32,000 nt of DNA from Vulcanisaeta distributa DSM 14429 (GTDB lineage Archaea; Thermoproteota; Thermoprotei; Thermoproteales; Thermocladiaceae): positions 750,001-782,000 of the forward strand of contig NC_014537.1 in the NCBI RefSeq assembly GCF_000148385.1. Direction: 5' to 3'. The notes beneath the pieces are model-generated. The model searched no databases and was not told the origin of the DNA. It saw only the letters and a program-made list of their open reading frames with translations. The first letter of the stretch is position 1, and every line of letters starts with the position of its first letter. The position numbers and the translations under genes were made by a program. Below, in pieces: positions 1 through 7,164 of the stretch.

Positions 1-12
1 TCCAGGCGTACC

Positions 13-327
13 TTGATGAGCTCAGTAACGCCGAGTAAGTGGCTTGCGGCCCTTGGCATCATAGCCGTGCTAATACTCGTATTATTCATAATGGGATTCT
101 GGTACGCAGTCTACACACCTGGCGTTGTCTCAACGTGTGCCGGTCCGTTTACAATGATGGAGATCCTAACCCTAATACTGGCGGTTGCTGGTACTTACCT
201 GCTAATGAATTACCTGGGCAGGGGTAGTGTTAGTGACCTGCTACTGGTGGTTTTTGTTGCTGTTCTCGTGATCTTTACAGTGAGCTTCTACTTACTATCC
301 ATCTCATCGTATGGTGGCATATGCTAG
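13..327 (+). CDS. small hydrophobic membrane protein (hypothetical)
   Basis: 104-aa ORF with several long hydrophobic stretches (LAALGIIAVLILVLFIMGFWYAV, ILTLILAVAGTYLL, LLLVVFVAVLVIFTVSFYLL). No family motif recognised. Confidence 0.4.
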   Translation: MMSSVTPSKWLAALGIIAVLILVLFIMGFWYAVYTPGVVSTCAGPFTMMEILTLILAVAGTYLLMNYLGRGSVSDLLLVVFVAVLVIFTVSFYLLSISSYGGIC

Positions 328-373
328 GTGATTAAATCTTTAAAGAGTGCAGGTTATCTGTCGTTTTGCCGCT

Positions 374-790
374 ATGGATTGCGTGTTCTGTAAGATCGTT
401 AAGGGGGAGGAACCTGCCTATGTAGTTTATGAAGATGAACACGTAATTGCAATACTCGATAAATACCCAATAAGTAAAGGGCACACGCTGGTTATGCCGA
501 AGAGACATTATAGGGATATAACGGAAATACCAAGTGACGAATTATGCCATGTAATTAGGGTGACGAAGGCCGTGACAATGGCCGTGATTAAGGCATTGAA
601 CGTGCCTGGTGTGAGGATTATTCAGAACAATGGCGCCGAGGCTGGTCAGGTAATTTTCCACATACACTTCCATGTAATACCAATGACCGGACGCATTACC
701 GGTAGGCATTACTTAACCGAGGAGGAGGGTCGTGAAGTATCTGAACTATTATCTAAGGCCGTTAAAGAAGTACTTAGTAGTATGAGTTAA
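374..790 (+). CDS. HIT (histidine triad) family hydrolase
   Basis: Histidine triad HIHFHVIP, plus an N-terminal CVFCKI and DKYPISKGHTLVMPKRH typical of Hint-like proteins. Track ORF starts at 347. I prefer ATG 374 (MDCVFCK) because a TATA-like CTTTAAAG lies about 33 nt upstream. Confidence 0.85.
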   Translation: MDCVFCKIVKGEEPAYVVYEDEHVIAILDKYPISKGHTLVMPKRHYRDITEIPSDELCHVIRVTKAVTMAVIKALNVPGVRIIQNNGAEAGQVIFHIHFHVIPMTGRITGRHYLTEEEGREVSELLSKAVKEVLSSMS

Positions 791-823
791 CTTTTTTATA
801 CACTACTCACATTATTATTCCTA

Positions 824-1123
824 ATGGAGGTATTTGGTTTAACACTAACGCAGATAATCAGTATAATAGGCCTATTCGTGCTTGGGCTACTCGTGGGTAT
901 CCTGATAAGGAGGTTGATAGGAGTTGCCCTGGTATTACTGGCGATTGTAATTCTTGCAATAGCCCTGGGCTACCTAAGCCCATCAACCCTAGTCACACTA
1001 CTTCATTACGCAGGCTATGCGATGAGCGTAGCCTATGCGAAGGCCCAACAATTCATTGGCGCCATCCCATACTCATCACTGGCATTTATAATAGGCCTCA
1101 TCATCGGTCTAATAAAGGGCTAG
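824..1123 (+). CDS. small membrane protein (hypothetical)
   Basis: 99-aa ORF that is almost entirely hydrophobic helices (IISIIGLFVLGLLVGILI, VALVLLAIVILAIALGYL, LAFIIGLIIGLI). Confidence 0.45.
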   Translation: MEVFGLTLTQIISIIGLFVLGLLVGILIRRLIGVALVLLAIVILAIALGYLSPSTLVTLLHYAGYAMSVAYAKAQQFIGAIPYSSLAFIIGLIIGLIKG

Positions 1124-2226
1124 TTAAGGTAAGCAACCCTCAGGTTCGACCGATATAGGAAGTCGAGGAATGAATCAAAGGCCCTATTTAGGGATTGAGG
1201 CTTATAGACCATCGCCTCATTACCGCTTATGAATACGAATCCCGTGCGCGGTGGCACATCATTAATGTGCTCCCTCATTATGTCGACAAACTCCTCACTA
1301 GGTCTTTGCATTATTACGATAACCCTATCCTCACGTGGATGGTAGTCTAAGACCCTCCTACTCGGTACAATCCACGGGTAAAGCATGATTAACTCCCTAC
1401 CACCCTCACCAAACACTGTATAAACAATACCACACCTAGCAACCCTGCTGTAGGTGTATTGACCGTGTGGACTTATGATCCTCCTCATGGACCTGGCACT
1501 GGAGTCCTTCATCTCGTGAATCACCATTCTAAGCTCCCGCAGGTCAATGGCTGGGTTAAGTATCAACTCGCCAATAGAGCCATCAAGTACATTGCCAATC
1601 CTCACCTTAACCACGAACTCCCTAAAATCAACCCCATAAATCGCCCTAAACAACCAATTAATGGGCCTTGAACCGAAGGCTGCCGACTCAACGGCAACCA
1701 ACCCAAGTGCATCTAGAGCACTTATTAATTCCCTAACGTTAGGTGTTGGTATGTCACCGGACATCTCAAGAAGTCTAGGTATTAGGTACTCAGGAACGAA
1801 GAGGATGCCCCTCCTCCTATGCATTAGAACACCAGCCCTTATTAACTCAGTAAGTACATCCTCATTAAAGCCCATAAGCCTGAATTGAACCTTAAGGACA
1901 CCCTCATCACCCCCAAGCCCCATGTACTTAATCAATGCATATACAGCATCACCAAAACCCTTAACTCTACTCATTGAGTGATCAGCTAATAATCCATAGA
2001 ACCTCCTAATCCTATTACTAGCGTCCTCTCCAAGTGATGAGACAAACTCCCTAGCCCTCTCCAGGACTTCCATGTACCTATCTCCATACCTCAAATTGAA
2101 GTCCTGAGTCAACGCCTCCTCATCCTCATCATCATAATTAATCAGTTGGTATGCTCCCTCCAGTACGTCAATACTCAACGGCTCACTCACATTAATCATT
2201 AAGACTATAGGTTTTAAATAGCGCAT
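1120..2226 (-). CDS. hypothetical protein, function unknown
   Basis: Long ORF (track 1120..2277, 385 aa) with ordinary composition. I prefer Met at 2226 (or 2199), because the upstream codons would run over the moeA start and the TATA-like box at 2214-2222. No catalytic or nucleotide-binding motif recognised. Its stop overlaps the stop of the 824..1123 ORF (CTAG). Confidence 0.55.
   Translation of the reverse strand: MRYLKPIVLMINVSEPLSIDVLEGAYQLINYDDEDEEALTQDFNLRYGDRYMEVLERAREFVSSLGEDASNRIRRFYGLLADHSMSRVKGFGDAVYALIKYMGLGGDEGVLKVQFRLMGFNEDVLTELIRAGVLMHRRRGILFVPEYLIPRLLEMSGDIPTPNVRELISALDALGLVAVESAAFGSRPINWLFRAIYGVDFREFVVKVRIGNVLDGSIGELILNPAIDLRELRMVIHEMKDSSARSMRRIISPHGQYTYSRVARCGIVYTVFGEGGRELIMLYPWIVPSRRVLDYHPREDRVIVIMQRPSEEFVDIMREHINDVPPRTGFVFISGNEAMVYKPQSLNRAFDSFLDFLYRSNLRVAYLN
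2214..2222. promoter_or_regulatory. TATA-like box (TTTTAAATA) in the divergent moeA / 1120-2226 intergenic region
   Basis: AT-rich near-palindromic box centred about 24 nt upstream of the moeA GTG at 2242. The spacing fits a crenarchaeal leaderless promoter. Confidence 0.45.
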
Positions 2227-2241
2227 TGTCCCTAAAATCAC

Positions 2242-3510
2242 GTGAAGCCTCACGAATACAAGTTCGTAGTGCCTCACGAGCTTGAAGAACTAATTAATGC
2301 AATAAGTACGTTAGCTGTGGTTGATGAGGAGAAAATACCTGTATGGGAATCAATGGGTAGGGTTCTGTCAAGGGACGTGGTTGTACCCATGGACATACCG
2401 CCACGACCTAAGGCGGCTTATGATGGTTACGCGGTTAGGAGCCAGGACATTACCAGGGTACCCACCAAGTTGAGGTTAGTGGGTTCAATAAGTATTGGCG
2501 AGGTCCCAAGTATTAAGGTTGGCCCCATGGAGACTGCCTACGTAACAACCGGCGCATACCTACCGGACGGCGCTGATGCCGTTGTCCCTGAGGAATTTGT
2601 CGAGGTCATGGGCAATAACGAGGTCATCATTAACAAGTCGGTCATGCCCTGGGAGAATGTGGATCCAGCAGGTGACTTCGCCAAAAAGGGTGAGGTGGCT
2701 CTTAGGGAGGGCACGGTTATAATGCCCTGGGACATACCGGCACTGCTGGAGCTTGGTATTGGTGAGGTTTGGGTTAGGAGGAGGGTCAAGATATTCGTGG
2801 TCGCCACGGGCTCAGAACTCGTGGAGGTTAAGACGCCCGATGAGGTGCCTAACGCAATAATTAATGGTAAGGTTGTTGAGAGCACAGCGTCCTTAGTAAG
2901 GAATTACATAGGCATGTATGTACCGTATGCGGAGGTTGTTGGTAGAACCATAGTGCCCGATAATCAGGAGGCCATTAAAAACGCAGTAATGAATGCCCTG
3001 AATCTCGCAGACATCGTAATAACCACCGGCGGTACGGGACCTAGCGGTGTTGATTATGTGTATGAGGTGACGAAGTCCCTAAACCCAAGGACCTACATCA
3101 GGGGGCTAAGGATGAGGCCCGGTAGACCAACGGGCTTGGCGGTATTAAGTAATAACAAGGTCGTTATTAATCTGTCGGGGCACCCAATATCTGCCTTGAA
3201 TGCCATGACCGTGATCGTTAAGGAGGTCATTAAGAGGCTTGCGGGTGTTAAGGTGGATATTGCGGAGCCAAGGGTAATGGCTAAACTAGCCAGGGGCACG
3301 TTGGGAGATGAGGAGTTCGCGAGGCAGTACAGGGTTAGGGTTAGGAGGGTTGGTAATGACTACGTCATTGAGGAATTACCTAGGCAGGGTAGCTCACTAA
3401 CCCACACCTTATTAACGGTTAATGGGTTGGTATTCACGAGGAAGGGGCAAATAATTAGGGAGGGTGATTACGTGGAGGTGCTGCTCCTTAGGGAACCTCC
3501 TCGTGAATGA
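2242..3510 (+). CDS. moeA: molybdopterin molybdenumtransferase MoeA
   Basis: 422 aa with MoeA-type architecture. Shows the MoCF-biosynthesis domain motif ITTGGTGPSGVDYV, plus MRPGRPTGLAVL and LSGHPISALN. Confidence 0.85.
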   Translation: MKPHEYKFVVPHELEELINAISTLAVVDEEKIPVWESMGRVLSRDVVVPMDIPPRPKAAYDGYAVRSQDITRVPTKLRLVGSISIGEVPSIKVGPMETAYVTTGAYLPDGADAVVPEEFVEVMGNNEVIINKSVMPWENVDPAGDFAKKGEVALREGTVIMPWDIPALLELGIGEVWVRRRVKIFVVATGSELVEVKTPDEVPNAIINGKVVESTASLVRNYIGMYVPYAEVVGRTIVPDNQEAIKNAVMNALNLADIVITTGGTGPSGVDYVYEVTKSLNPRTYIRGLRMRPGRPTGLAVLSNNKVVINLSGHPISALNAMTVIVKEVIKRLAGVKVDIAEPRVMAKLARGTLGDEEFARQYRVRVRRVGNDYVIEELPRQGSSLTHTLLTVNGLVFTRKGQIIREGDYVEVLLLREPPRE

Positions 3511-3582
3511 TTTTCAATTACGAATAATATTTCAGCCCCAACACTGAAAGTAACTTATAAATCAAGCGGATAAGATAATTAT

Positions 3583-3885
3583 GTGAAACAAACACTACTG
3601 CAGAGCCAGGAGCAGAGACATAGGTGTGGGATAAGCGACATCAAGGAGTTCCTAGTAAGTTACGCATTAATCAACTGCAGGAGGAACATAACAAGAGACA
3701 ACGAGTATAAGGTAACAATGGCATGCTTCCACGCATGGCACCAAACGAAGTACGGAACCAAGGCATCACAACAATGCATAAGAACCCTCGTACTCTACCT
3801 ACCAGCAATAGCCCAGGAACTACAACTAAAAATAGAAAGGGAGGGAAACGCAAAATACATAATAACAAGGCAGGAATTACATTAA
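3583..3885 (+). CDS. hypothetical small protein (A-rich, T-poor gene)
   Basis: 100-aa ORF with a GTG start about 20-25 nt downstream of TTATAAAT (about 3556-3563). It is followed after 10 nt by the next ORF, so it is operon-like. No motif recognised and coding status is uncertain. Confidence 0.35.
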   Translation: MKQTLLQSQEQRHRCGISDIKEFLVSYALINCRRNITRDNEYKVTMACFHAWHQTKYGTKASQQCIRTLVLYLPAIAQELQLKIEREGNAKYIITRQELH

Positions 3886-3895
3886 TAATTAACCC

Positions 3896-4411
3896 ATGAG
3901 CGAGTGGTCCTGGGAAAGCAGCGATGCTGAATGGGTAATTGATAGATACTCAACAGGCATCGTAATTAGCCTACTTCTTCTAATGCTATACGTGGTAATC
4001 ATGATCGCTATCATAATCGCCCTTTCACCAAATGCGGAGGACAACCAACTCATTGCATTATCAATAATCACATCAATGGTGTTAACCGCATACCTATCAA
4101 TAATAATATATTCCTACACACGTATTAAATCAATAAGAAAAGCCATAGCAAACCTTAAGAAGGTGGAGATTAAGGACGACTCGATAGTTCTCGAAACAAT
4201 CAATGGCATATACGCGGCAAAACCCAACGAAATAACCATATGCTACAAGACCATAACAGGGAGAGATCTTAGACCATACGCATACATCATCTTCATCAAC
4301 TACCAAGGCACCACATACCAAATACCATACCTAAAACCCGAGGACTACGGAGCATTAAGGCAAGTCCTAAAAGGCCATGGAGTATACATAAACGAATGCC
4401 AAGCACAGTAA
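3896..4411 (+). CDS. membrane protein with two N-terminal TM helices and a C-terminal soluble beta-rich domain (hypothetical)
   Basis: 171 aa. TM helices IVISLLLLMLYVVIMIAIIIAL and LIALSIITSMVLTAYLSIIIYSY, then a soluble domain whose pattern faintly resembles membrane-anchored bacterial PH-like domains. That resemblance is not verified. Confidence 0.5.
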   Translation: MSEWSWESSDAEWVIDRYSTGIVISLLLLMLYVVIMIAIIIALSPNAEDNQLIALSIITSMVLTAYLSIIIYSYTRIKSIRKAIANLKKVEIKDDSIVLETINGIYAAKPNEITICYKTITGRDLRPYAYIIFINYQGTTYQIPYLKPEDYGALRQVLKGHGVYINECQAQ

Positions 4412-4529
4412 TAAACCGCAACTAAATATAAAAAACATCATAACCCCACGCCACCTCCCTAACCATTGAGTCCATAAACTCCAGACCCCCATCAACCATC
4501 GAATACCCCCTCAACATTATCAATACATC

Positions 4530-4691
4530 ATGAAAAACCCCATCACCAACCAGCGAACCCCACAATCCCAACCCCACAAACCAACACACCCACACAACAA
4601 AAAGCATAAACCCAACAACAAGACAAAGACACAAACACCACAAAACAACCACGAAGAAAACCTTAAAAACCAACAAACAAAACAAACCACG
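4530..4691 (+). repeat. low-complexity A/C-only tract upstream of tRNA-Tyr
   Basis: By my count, 4561-4690 (130 nt) contains only 5 G and 4 T. Includes a TATA-like CCTTAAAAAC at 4661-4670, about 26 nt upstream of the tRNA 5' end. Confidence 0.8.
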
Positions 4692-4728
4692 CCCCCGGTA
4701 GCTCAGCGGTCAGAGCGGCCGGCTGTAG

Positions 4729-4771
4729 TCAGCCCCGTGGGCGACAGCGAAAAGGCCCACGGCACACAGCC
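4729..4771 (+). other. tRNA-Tyr intron 1 (canonical 37/38 position)
   Basis: A 43-nt insert between anticodon-loop G37 and A38. Contains the hairpin CCGTGGGC...GCCCACGG. Boundaries are +/-2 nt. Confidence 0.7.
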
Positions 4772-4793
4772 ACCGGCAGGCCCCGGGTTCGAA

Positions 4794-4818
4794 GCCGTGG
4801 CTATGGCCACGGCGAAAG
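4794..4818 (+). other. tRNA-Tyr intron 2 (non-canonical, T-loop about 59/60)
   Basis: A 25-nt insert interrupting the T loop TTCGAA|T. Contains the hairpin GCCGTGGC-TATG-GCCACGGC. Boundaries are +/-2 nt. Confidence 0.65.
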
Positions 4819-4853
4819 TCCCGGCCGGGGGACCAAACGTTCAATTTCTTATA

Positions 4854-6350
4854 CTAAGTATCGCTTAATTTATCTAACCATCTCCTTGCTAATGACCTTA
4901 TTCTCTCACTTTTTTCGGGATTATTCATAGTCTGTTTCAGCCATTCAACTATCTTACTAAGTATATAATTGTGCTTTTTAATTGTGCTCCAGGGTATGTA
5001 TATTTCCGGAACATTGTTATTGTTTCGTCGCTTAAACTCTATACCGTGCTTATTCAATGTACTTATTAACTCATCTATGTTGCAGCCCTTTCCGCACCAT
5101 GTCCTTAGTTGTATTGTCTTGTCTGTTAATAATACGTTGAATTTAATTCCGTAAATTTCTATTTGAGATGAACCGTGCCTATGTCCAATGCTTATATTAG
5201 CCAATGCCCTCAGCCTACCCCATTTATCAAGGCCTAGTTGCTCCTCAAGCAGATTAAGTATGCGCCTTAATTTATCTGGTAAATTATTAATTATGTATCT
5301 GGTTAGAGTCACGGCATTACTGTTCCAGAGCATTAGTTCAGCCCCATTATCTTTTATGGATATTCTACGATTAATCCCTAACTGTGTCATTAATCCTATT
5401 AAGGCTTTATCTAATTTTTCGTAATTGCTCAATCCCGCACTTATTTTAATATTCTTTTTCCTTAAGTCTACGCTACCATCACTAAGTATTAGCGTAAGTA
5501 AGCTTAATGGTGTGGGATTCTTTTTCAATTCCTTAAATGCCTCATACTTACTTCTAATAGTTTCCCTGTGAGAGTCAGAGTATATGAACCATGTAATGCT
5601 AATGCCCTTTCTCGTAAATCCTAGACTTCTTATCGCCACTTTATCCCTACCAGGGTATAATAATATCCAAAATACTAATTGCCATATCTGTCTCGTTTTC
5701 ATTGCAGGCCTTCCCCTATATATTGTCCCATCACCTGCTCTAAGGCCAAGCTTTAAATTATGTAATTCATACTCACTTAAATTTAGTAAGTCTGGTACTT
5801 CTAACGTTTCTGTGGCCAAATTCCTTAAATATACTTGAGAAGTTATTGACTTTCTATTCTTCTTAATCTCAATTTCTATTGATACTAGTCTTCCATGTAT
5901 TTTAAGAAATAAGCTACCATACTTACCATTAACTACGTAGATCTTTCTCTTACCCATGAACGCGTCTTTAATCGTATTGTTAGCATCATTAATGTAAATA
6001 TTTATCCATTTTTCCTTAACTTCATTTATTAAATGAATTAACTTTTCAATGTTAAATGAAATAATATTTTGTGTATTATCATTAGCAACTATTAAATTAT
6101 TTAAACTTTTAACGAAATTCCTGAGTTTATTTACCGCATTCTCGGCTACCTCATTTATATCATAATCATTGATGCGCCTATGAACCTCAATTAATGCATT
6201 AAATATAGACTGCTTAATATCATTATCAGTTATCTCGTCTATTACTTGACAACCCCGCCTCTTCCTACACCTAGCCCAAACCACGTCAATACTCGTATAC
6301 ATAATTTGCATAGACGGTACAATTGCTTCATTGGAATTCTCGCTGGGCAT
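4854..6350 (-). CDS. AT-rich 498-aa protein with two LAGLIDADG-like motifs (putative homing-endonuclease-related, selfish or foreign gene)
   Basis: Long uninterrupted ORF in very AT-rich DNA; sampled 60-nt lines give about 18-28% G+C. Motif 1 is LKLGLRAGDGTIY (about aa 199-211) and motif 2 is LLTLILSDGSVDL (about aa 284-296), spaced about 85 aa apart. Each is followed by a pattern seen in LAGLIDADG domains (ISAGLSNYEKLDKALIGLMTQLGINRRISI; AELMLWNSNAVTLTRYIINNL, cf. I-DmoI RLRIWNKNKALLEIVSRWLNNLG). The N-terminal about 190 aa and C-terminal about 110 aa are unassigned. Confidence 0.45.
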   Translation of the reverse strand: MPSENSNEAIVPSMQIMYTSIDVVWARCRKRRGCQVIDEITDNDIKQSIFNALIEVHRRINDYDINEVAENAVNKLRNFVKSLNNLIVANDNTQNIISFNIEKLIHLINEVKEKWINIYINDANNTIKDAFMGKRKIYVVNGKYGSLFLKIHGRLVSIEIEIKKNRKSITSQVYLRNLATETLEVPDLLNLSEYELHNLKLGLRAGDGTIYRGRPAMKTRQIWQLVFWILLYPGRDKVAIRSLGFTRKGISITWFIYSDSHRETIRSKYEAFKELKKNPTPLSLLTLILSDGSVDLRKKNIKISAGLSNYEKLDKALIGLMTQLGINRRISIKDNGAELMLWNSNAVTLTRYIINNLPDKLRRILNLLEEQLGLDKWGRLRALANISIGHRHGSSQIEIYGIKFNVLLTDKTIQLRTWCGKGCNIDELISTLNKHGIEFKRRNNNNVPEIYIPWSTIKKHNYILSKIVEWLKQTMNNPEKSERIRSLARRWLDKLSDT

Positions 6351-6490
6351 GGTTTTGTTGTGGTTTTGGGTTTATTATTTTTCGTGGTTATTTTTGTTTA
6401 GTTGGGTTTTGTGAAAGTTTTGTTGTGGGGGTGTAGGGAGAAAGGAAGAGAGAGTGAGTTGTTTTTGAGTTGTTTTGATGGGTTGTTGGT
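6351..6490 (+). repeat. low-complexity G/T-rich, virtually C-free tract (A/C-rich on the minus, sense strand)
   Basis: I count a single C in 6351-6480. On the minus strand, AAAAATAATAAA sits about 26 nt upstream of the ATG at 6350, a TATA-like position. Confidence 0.8.
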
Positions 6491-6682
6491 TTATACGATT
6501 ATGTTTCCTTGTTCGTCTACTTTTGCTATTACTTTTCTTACTGTTTTTCCGTCTGGTGTCTTGAACAGGGCCATTACGAAGCCCTTCCTACCCTTAGGCT
6601 GAACCTTCCAAACCTTCGTAGGCTTAAGCTTCTTGCCCTCTATTTCGTATTCCCTCTTTGCCAGGTCTTCTAGTGTGACCAT
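6491..6682 (-). CDS. cren7: chromatin protein Cren7
   Basis: 63 aa. [34 protein letters not shown] aligns by eye with Sulfolobus Cren7 ([35 protein letters not shown]), including the PKGRKG core. Confidence 0.85.
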   Translation of the reverse strand: MVTLEDLAKREYEIEGKKLKPTKVWKVQPKGRKGFVMALFKTPDGKTVRKVIAKVDEQGNIIV

Positions 6683-6834
6683 ATTGGTCGTTGTTTCGTG
6701 GTTGCTTGGTTTAATATTGTAATTGGTTATTTTATGTGCTTGCCTTATTAGGGTCTTCGTTGTTTCAGTTTTGCGTAATGCGTGGTTGTTTGCGATGCGT
6801 AGCGCTTTTAAACTGGTTTCTTCCCATTGTTATT

Positions 6835-6910
6835 AGCCGGGTCGTCTAGCGGCCAAGGATGGCGGGCTCTGGACCCGTTGACCCCGGTTCGAATCCGGGC
6901 CCGGCTACCA
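6835..6910 (+). tRNA. tRNA-Gln (anticodon CTG), CCA encoded
   Basis: Hand-folded. Acceptor AGCCGGG/CCCGGCT (A1:U72), D stem GTCT/GGAT, anticodon stem GCGGG/CCCGT with loop CTCTGGA, T arm CCCGG-TTCGAAT-CCGGG, discriminator A plus CCA. 76 nt, no intron. Confidence 0.9.
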
Positions 6911-7164
6911 CTCTGTTCTTTAATTCTTTTGTGAATGTGATATGGAGGGTTTGCTTTGTCGTGTTACGGCTTATTTGGATTAATGAGTTGGTTTTGGTTA
7001 GGATTTTTGAGATTGGTTTATGTAATGGAATTATTGAGGTCATTGCTGGTATTGATTCTTGATTGTGGCTTGGTTTTAGGATTACGTGGATTCCTCGTCA
7101 TGTAGATGATTAGCTGTGGTGCGTTTTTAATGCCCTGTAGGTAATGCGTTGCTCTGGGTGCTTT

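Larger units (their letters stand above)
4692..4835 (+). tRNA. tRNA-Tyr (anticodon GTA) with two introns, CCA encoded
   Basis: Hand-folded cloverleaf. Acceptor CCCCCGG/CCGGGGG, D arm GCTC-AGCGGTCA-GAGC, anticodon stem GCCGG/CCGGC with loop CTGTAG|A, T arm CCGGG-TTCGAA..T-CCCGG, discriminator A plus CCA. The mature length comes to 76 nt after removing 43-nt and 25-nt inserts. Confidence 0.85.

Noticed and set aside
3530-3549. Hairpin tttcag-ccccaaca-ctgaaa after the moeA stop, as an intrinsic terminator
   Set aside because: The stem is only 6 bp. Archaeal termination relies mainly on oligo-T tracts, so this is too weak to call.
4422-4868. Track ORFs 4530..4868 (+, 112 aa, Pro/Thr/Gln/Lys/Asn-rich) and 4422..4685 (-, 87 aa, Val/Phe/Leu/Cys/Trp-rich)
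   Set aside because: Both are translations of the two-letter A/C (or G/T) tract. The + ORF also reads straight through tRNA-Tyr. These are low-complexity artefacts, not genes.
4854-6350. Reading the 498-aa tRNA-adjacent ORF as a tyrosine-recombinase integrase (pNOB8- or SSV-type)
   Set aside because: I could not find an R…HxxR…Y catalytic arrangement in the C-terminal half. GHRHGSS is not in a convincing context. The LAGLIDADG-like motifs fit better.
4575-6440. Apparent about 110-bp terminal inverted repeats flanking tRNA-Tyr plus the 498-aa ORF (e.g. acacccacacaacaaaa vs acacccccacaacaaaa; aaacccaac; aaccacgaa)
   Set aside because: Both arms are essentially two-letter sequence. A 16/17 match is expected by chance at about once per 100x100 comparison under about 0.5 per-site identity. 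I cannot claim homology without a shuffled-sequence test, so I report only the composition and the promoter-proximal similarity.
6402-6602. Track ORF 6402..6602 (+, 66 aa)
   Set aside because: It is antisense to the well-supported cren7 gene and extends into the C-free tract, so it is spurious.
6846-7062. Track ORFs 6846..7043 (-) and 6859..7062 (+)
   Set aside because: They overlap the well-folded tRNA-Gln and continue into G/T-rich non-coding DNA, with no motif support.
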